Shown here one piece after another: positions 58,836 to 64,000 of a stretch of 64,000 nt of DNA. The stretch comes from Blastocladiella emersonii ATCC 22665. Its lineage: Eukaryota > Fungi > Blastocladiomycota. The notes beneath the pieces were generated by a model. It was not told the DNA's origin and made no database searches. It worked only from the letters and a program-made list of their open reading frames with translations. The stretch spans positions 1,674,001 through 1,738,000 of the forward strand of contig JANHCV010000003.1 in assembly GCA_025594325.1 (NCBI GenBank). Direction: 5' to 3'. Positions within the stretch are counted from its first letter, which is position 1; the number at the start of each line of letters is the position of its first letter. Made by a program: the position numbers and the translations under genes.

Positions 58836-61800
58836 TCACAGCTCATGCCGCCCCTTATCTCTGCTTGCCGAATCCAGCCGCGGCAGCGACGCGACGCGCG
58901 TGAGCAAGTTAGCCGAGCGGGCCTTGCGGAGCTGGTCGCGGTGCACGCCCGTCGTCGGCGATCCGTCCGGCCCCGCGGCCCGCGACGGTGACGGCGACCG
59001 ACTCCCGTTACCCTCGAGCGGTGGGAGACCGGGCAGCGCCGTAGCCGGGTCGTCGCGTAACGAGACCGGCGGGGCCGTGACCGCGAACGGCGTAGCGGAC
59101 GGGTCGTTGTTGAGCGTGCGGCTCCCCGCGGTGCGCAGCGCGACGAGCTGGTCTGTCGATCGGCCCGTCGAGAGCGGGGACGGCGACCGCGACGCGCGGC
59201 CGAACCGCGTCGATGGGCTGAGTGTCGAGGGGTCAATGGCGGGGGACGACGGCGACGGGAACGTGGTCGTGGGCACCATCGAGGCCGCGGGTGAGCCCGT
59301 GCGGACCGAGGTCTCGACGCTGAGCAGCCGGTCGCGCGATGCGCTGTTCCCGCTCTTGGACGGGGACACGAGCTTGGTCGTGCTCCCACCGCGGAGCAGC
59401 GAGCGCCCACGGCGCGGGTCGGGGTCGTGGTCCTTGACGCTTTCCGTATCACCGCCCTCCTCGGCGCGGAGCAGCATCGCCGACCCGAACCCGGCGCGCC
59501 GCTCGAGTCCGCTCTTACCGCGGACCCAGTCGCGCAGCGCAGGCCAGCCGTACGTGTGCACCAGGACCGCGGCTGCGAGGACCATGCCGACGCTCGCGAG
59601 CCCGCCGAGGATGAACAGCCACGACGCGCCCGCCGCGGCGAGAGTGCTCGGACTCGCGCGGCACGTCGTGGTCCCGTCGGCGTTCGCGACCGCGTCTTCG
59701 GCCGCGCACCGGCCACGGAACTCAAGCCGCCAGCTGTCGAGGACGCCCGCGTCGGCCGCGTGGCCGCCCGCCGACGCGACGTCGGCCGCGGACCGCGTGT
59801 CGCGCACCTCGAGCGACCACGTCCCGACCGGGTCCTCGTCCCAGTGGCGCACCGTGGTGAAGGTCCAATCGCGCAATCCCGACGTCGACGCGTCGTTGGG
59901 CCGCACCGTGGCGAGAACCGACTTGCTGCGCCGCTCGGGCGCGACGAGCGTGATCTCGAGCGCGCCGCGGCGCGGGTGCCGCAGCGTCACGGTGACGAGG
60001 ACGTGCTCGATGTGCCGCAGGGTGCCGACCTCGGCCCGCGTGACGGTGCGGTTGACGACGAGGAGCGGCGCCACCGGCACGTCGGCCGTCGCGGCGGGGA
60101 TGTGGTATCCGGCCGTGTCCGCCGACATCTGGTTCGCGAGCTGCGGCACGGGAACGCGTGTCCACGCGTCGGCCGCGGCGATGAGCCGGCCCGCGTCGAC
60201 GAGCCCGAACGCGTACGTCGGGTGCACCATGAACCCGGCGCGGTTCGGCGCCCACGCCGTGTGGTTGCGGTCGTTGACGACCGTGGACCGGACGAGCAGG
60301 TGCATGACGTCGCGCCACCCGAGGTCGGGGCGTTTCTCGAGGAGGAGCGCGATCAGCGCCGAGACCTGCGGCGCCGCGGCCGACGTGCCCGTGTGCCCGG
60401 ACGTGCACCCGCTCTTGATATCGGTCGTCGACACGAGCCGCTGCGCGGTCGGCCCCGTGGTCGGTGCGCCGGCCGCGGTGCCGCCGCCGAGCGCCATGAC
60501 GAGGTGCGCGGCGCACGGTTCCGCGTAGTACGGTAGCGTGCCGTCCGACGACAGGCTGCCGACGGCGATCGTGTACGGGCTGTTAGCGTACCCGTCGGCG
60601 TTGCAGTTATCGCCCTTGTGCCCGCCGTTGCCGGCGGCGAACACGTAGACGGCGCCGCGCCCGCCGCGGCCCTGCGTGACGCCGCGCGCCATGGCGGCGA
60701 CGGCGAGCGGGCCAGGACCTTCCATCGATGCCCCGTCGTCGCGCGGCCCCCATGACGAGCTGTAGATGGCGTGCGTGTCGTACTGGTGCGTGAAGGCCAT
60801 GGCCTCCTCGGCGTCAGTCGGGAACGTGTCGCCAATCACCTTGATGCCCGTGATGCGCGCGCCGTGCGCGATCCCGACGCTGCACACGCCGTTGTTGGGC
60901 TGCGCCGCGATCTCGCCCGCGCACCGCGTGCCGTGATTGTCCTCGGGGACTTTGGGGGAGACGTCGGCCGTCTTGGCGAGGACGTTGAGCGCGAGGTCCG
61001 TGTTGAACTGTGACGCGAGGTCTGGGTGGTCGCCCTGGACGCCTACTCGTGCGGATAGCGGGAGTGAGCGACGGGACAGGAGGGAGAGCCCGCGCGGTTG
61101 CCGTACCGTCATCGATGACTGCGACATTGACGCCCTTGCCCGTCAACCCGGCCTTCCACGCGGGGAACACGTTGAGGCTCGGGATCGCGCTCGTGTCCGG
61201 GTTCGGTCTGTTCTGCGCGTTGACGCCGTATCGTCGTTAGCTTCGAGCGCTCCCTCGCCAGCAGAGTACGCGTACCACTTGCCATGTCTGCTCCCACATG
61301 GGGTCATTGTACTTGTGAAACTCGCCAAACCCGTCATCCTCCCCGCCCGCGTCCACTGGCGCGCGCGGCTCACTCTCCACCGTCATCAGCGCCTCGTCGC
61401 GGCGGAACCGCGGCCGGCGCTCCTGCTGCGCGAACCCCACGTACTCTGCCCCCGCCTCGAGCGCGGCCCGGATCTCGTCTGCGGACCGGCGGCGCGGCCA
61501 GCCGCGGGCGTTGGTGCGGGCGACCGCCGCAACGGCTGCGGGAACGTCGCGGCTCACGGCGAGGTCTTCGGCGACCTCAAAGATCCAGTGCCCGGGCAGC
61601 GCGCCGACGGGGCCGCGGTTCACGAACCCGTCGCGGGCGGCGAGCGCGTCCACGGCATCGCGCGTCGCGTAGGTTGCGGGTAGCTGGACGACCCACTGGC
61701 GCGGCGCGGCGCGGGACCTGGCGGTGACGGCGGCCGCGCGGTCTGGATCCGGCGGCGCGAGCGCGGTCACCGCGATGGAGGCGGCGAGGAGCGCGAGGAG

Positions 61801-61836
61801 GAGGAGGGTGCGCGGTCGCTGGTGCCGGCGCTGCAT
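58836..61836 (-). CDS. KEX2: Kexin/furin-type proprotein convertase (S8B), multi-exon
   Basis: Signal peptide, prodomain ending RPRFRR, catalytic VAVIDDG, NHGTRCAGEIAA, AAGNGG, GTSAAAP; LGWRDVMHL, P-domain, TM helix and cytosolic tail. Confidence 0.95.
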
Positions 61837-62117
61837 GATAGGATTCATCTATATAGTTGAGTTCTATAGTGTTTGTATTGGGGAGGGAGGAGAAGACGGC
61901 CCCGCGATGAACGCGCGCGCGAGGAACGCGTCTCGAAGCCGGCGCGAGACAAGAGTGTCTCCCGCGCTCCGCGTGAGCTGCGGTGTGGGTTCGAGACGCC
62001 GGCCGGCCGCGGGGGTCCAGGCCGGCGGCGCGCTCGCGGGGCCTTGTCCAAGGTTTGCTTCTGCTCTCGCCCTCGCTCTCCCACACAGCACGAAAGCAAA
62101 CAACACAGACCATTGCA

Positions 62118-62801
62118 ATGAACGCCTCGCTCCTGCTCCTCCTGGTCGTGGTTTTCGCGACGCTCTCGACGGCGCAGAAGGCCGAGTCGCCGACGGGCGC
62201 GCAGTTTTCGTGCACCAAGCTGGACGCGAAGACGGACCCGACGTGCGCGCTGTTCCCGTTCGAGAGCGCGCTGCCGGCGGGGCAGACCGAGGGCTTCATC
62301 AAGAAGATGGGGCTGACGGCGCTCCTGTGCCCGACGCTGCCGCCCAAGACCATCGGCCTGTTCCTGTGCTTCACGCCGCTCGGCAACTGCAACGGGCTGC
62401 CGTGGCCGCTGCCCAAGGACGAGAACGACCTGCCGGGCGTCGTCAACATGTACAACACGGTCAACCTCGCCGAGTTTGTGCCCGTCGCCAAGGCCAAGGG
62501 GTTCCCCGACAAGGTGCTCTGCTACGACGAGTGCAAGGCCTCTATCGACTTTATCAAATCGTGCCCCGCCGCCTTCAAGGGCGTCAAGCCCGACGCCGAC
62601 CCGTGCGCTGGTCTCCCAACCACCAACTGCATCTCGGCCAAGGACCTCAACGCGACGACGACCGCCACTGCCGCGACCACTGCGGCTGCCCCCGCTGCGA
62701 CGGCGGCGGCGAAGCCCACCAACAGCGGTGCTGGGGCGTCGGCGGCGGGCAGCCTCGGTGTCGCCGCGGCCGCTGTCGCGATTGCGGCTGCTGCCCTCTA
62801 A
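62118..62801 (+). CDS. Secreted, probably GPI-anchored 10-Cys protein with Frizzled-CRD-like spacing
   Basis: Signal peptide MNASLLLLLVVVFATLSTA, 10 Cys, Thr/Ala stalk, hydrophobic C-terminus LGVAAAAVAIAAAAL. Confidence 0.8.
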   Translation: MNASLLLLLVVVFATLSTAQKAESPTGAQFSCTKLDAKTDPTCALFPFESALPAGQTEGFIKKMGLTALLCPTLPPKTIGLFLCFTPLGNCNGLPWPLPKDENDLPGVVNMYNTVNLAEFVPVAKAKGFPDKVLCYDECKASIDFIKSCPAAFKGVKPDADPCAGLPTTNCISAKDLNATTTATAATTAAAPAATAAAKPTNSGAGASAAGSLGVAAAAVAIAAAAL

Positions 62802-64000
62802 GCCGTGTGTCCAGCTCGGGGCAAGAGTGAATAGATGAGCATTGTGTGTGTAAGCTTGTTCTCACGAGTACGCGCTCGGTTTCAAGTGCTAGCTGAAGCG
62901 TCCGATCGAGGTCAGGCGGATCCCGCGAGAGGCAAGATTGTGGGAGGAACGGTTTATTGCGGCGACTCCAGTCTCACTCACATCGCCCATCCTGAAAGTA
63001 TGGCCACTCGCCTGGCCACTCGCTCACACTCACCTCTGACCCGAACGCGCTAGCGCCAGCGTCGCGGCCGTCCGAGGTCACAGGTGGAGGCGGCGGTAGG
63101 GGCGGCTCGTCAAACGAGTCGAGCAGTTCGAGGAGCGTGGCCGTCGGCGAGTCAGGCCGGTTGGGCACGGGTTCGGGCGGTACGGGGCTCGTCGCGACGG
63201 GCGACACGGACGCGGGCCGCCAGGTCCCGCATGTCCTGTGCGGCGTCGAGTACGGGAGGACCGACGGGCTCGGCGCGGCGAGCGAGGCGCCGCTGCCGAA
63301 CGCGGGCGAGGGCGGCGGGATCGTACCGTAGGGTGTTGGGCCCGTGAAGAGAATTGTTGGCGGAGGTGATGGCGGGAGTGCCGGCGGTGGTGGTGGCCGA
63401 CGCACCGCCGACAGCCGCGTCGGTGTCGATGCACCCGTGGAGGACAGGTCGCCGCGGGGAAACGACATCCTGTCAGCGCAGTGGTGAGGACCCGCTCACA
63501 CCCAGAACGGCGGACGCGGTGCGCACCGCGCGTGCGGGATGGCGGCGAGGTCGGCCGACGGGCGCGCGACCCTCGGCGCCGGGGCCGGCGGGTCGTCGTC
63601 GCGCGGTCGCTCGCGGCGGTGTGATTGCACGGAGTGGTCGCGGTCGCGGTGATACATGGTCGCCGGGATCGTTGATTCGGCGGCTCGCGGCGCCGGACAT
63701 GAGCGTCGCGAAGCCGACGACGAGGGCCGATGATCGGTCACGTTCCTCTTGCCATCCATCGCACGTGGCGCGTGAGTCACGGCCACGCGGCTATCTTTGG
63801 GGCCCGCGCAGCAAAAGGTGTTTCGGATCCTAGGAACAGCCCGCTCCGGGATTTTCCGATGCAGCCCAGCCACGGCGTTTTCCAAAACGGGACGCGCCGC
63901 ACTGCTCCACTCACGCGGCTCCATCGCATTTCCATCGGCCGGCCGGCCCACGCTTGCCCCAGCCCTGCACGCGGCCCTGCACACTTGCGCCGACCAACTG

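Noticed and set aside
62974-63468. Pro-rich 164-aa minus-strand ORF
   Set aside because: Low complexity, no recognisable motif, and several equally long overlapping ORFs; unsupported.

Overview
Eukaryotic, GC-rich DNA with short GT-AG introns (mostly 50-80 nt; donors GTACGC/GTACGT/GTGAGT/GTAAG). Motile-cilium genes (CFAP69, CFAP221-like) alongside a myosin-motor chitin synthase point to a zoosporic fungus (chytrid/blastoclad type); this is an inference. Ordinary genes: DEAH helicase, RPL12, CFAP69, ABCG transporter, CFAP221-like, ORC3, mitochondrial rhomboid, fatty-acid hydroxylase, TAL1, SOD1, a stathmin-domain protein, PAT1, RPS18, a P450, uL10m, chitin synthase, kexin and a GPI-type Cys-rich protein. 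Three accessory zones stand out. (1) 1.6-14.1 kb: an intact PIF/Harbinger transposon inserted in-frame into a decayed intein-like Hint/LAGLIDADG ORF, plus a frameshifted JmjC demethylase paired head-to-head with a frameshifted orphan gene. (2) 29.2-32.9 kb: a 5'-truncated Fanzor1-type RNA-guided nuclease ORF with all three RuvC acidic residues. It is fronted by an inverted 172-bp copy of the neighbouring rhomboid gene's upstream region and followed by a hairpin-rich candidate omegaRNA. (3) 55.0-58.7 kb: a 3.7-kb foldback whose arms hold mirror copies of a spliced gene fragment. All family calls come from motif recognition by eye; no database search was run. GC-content remarks and mismatch counts are visual estimates. 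No CRISPR array, rRNA or tRNA was recognised.
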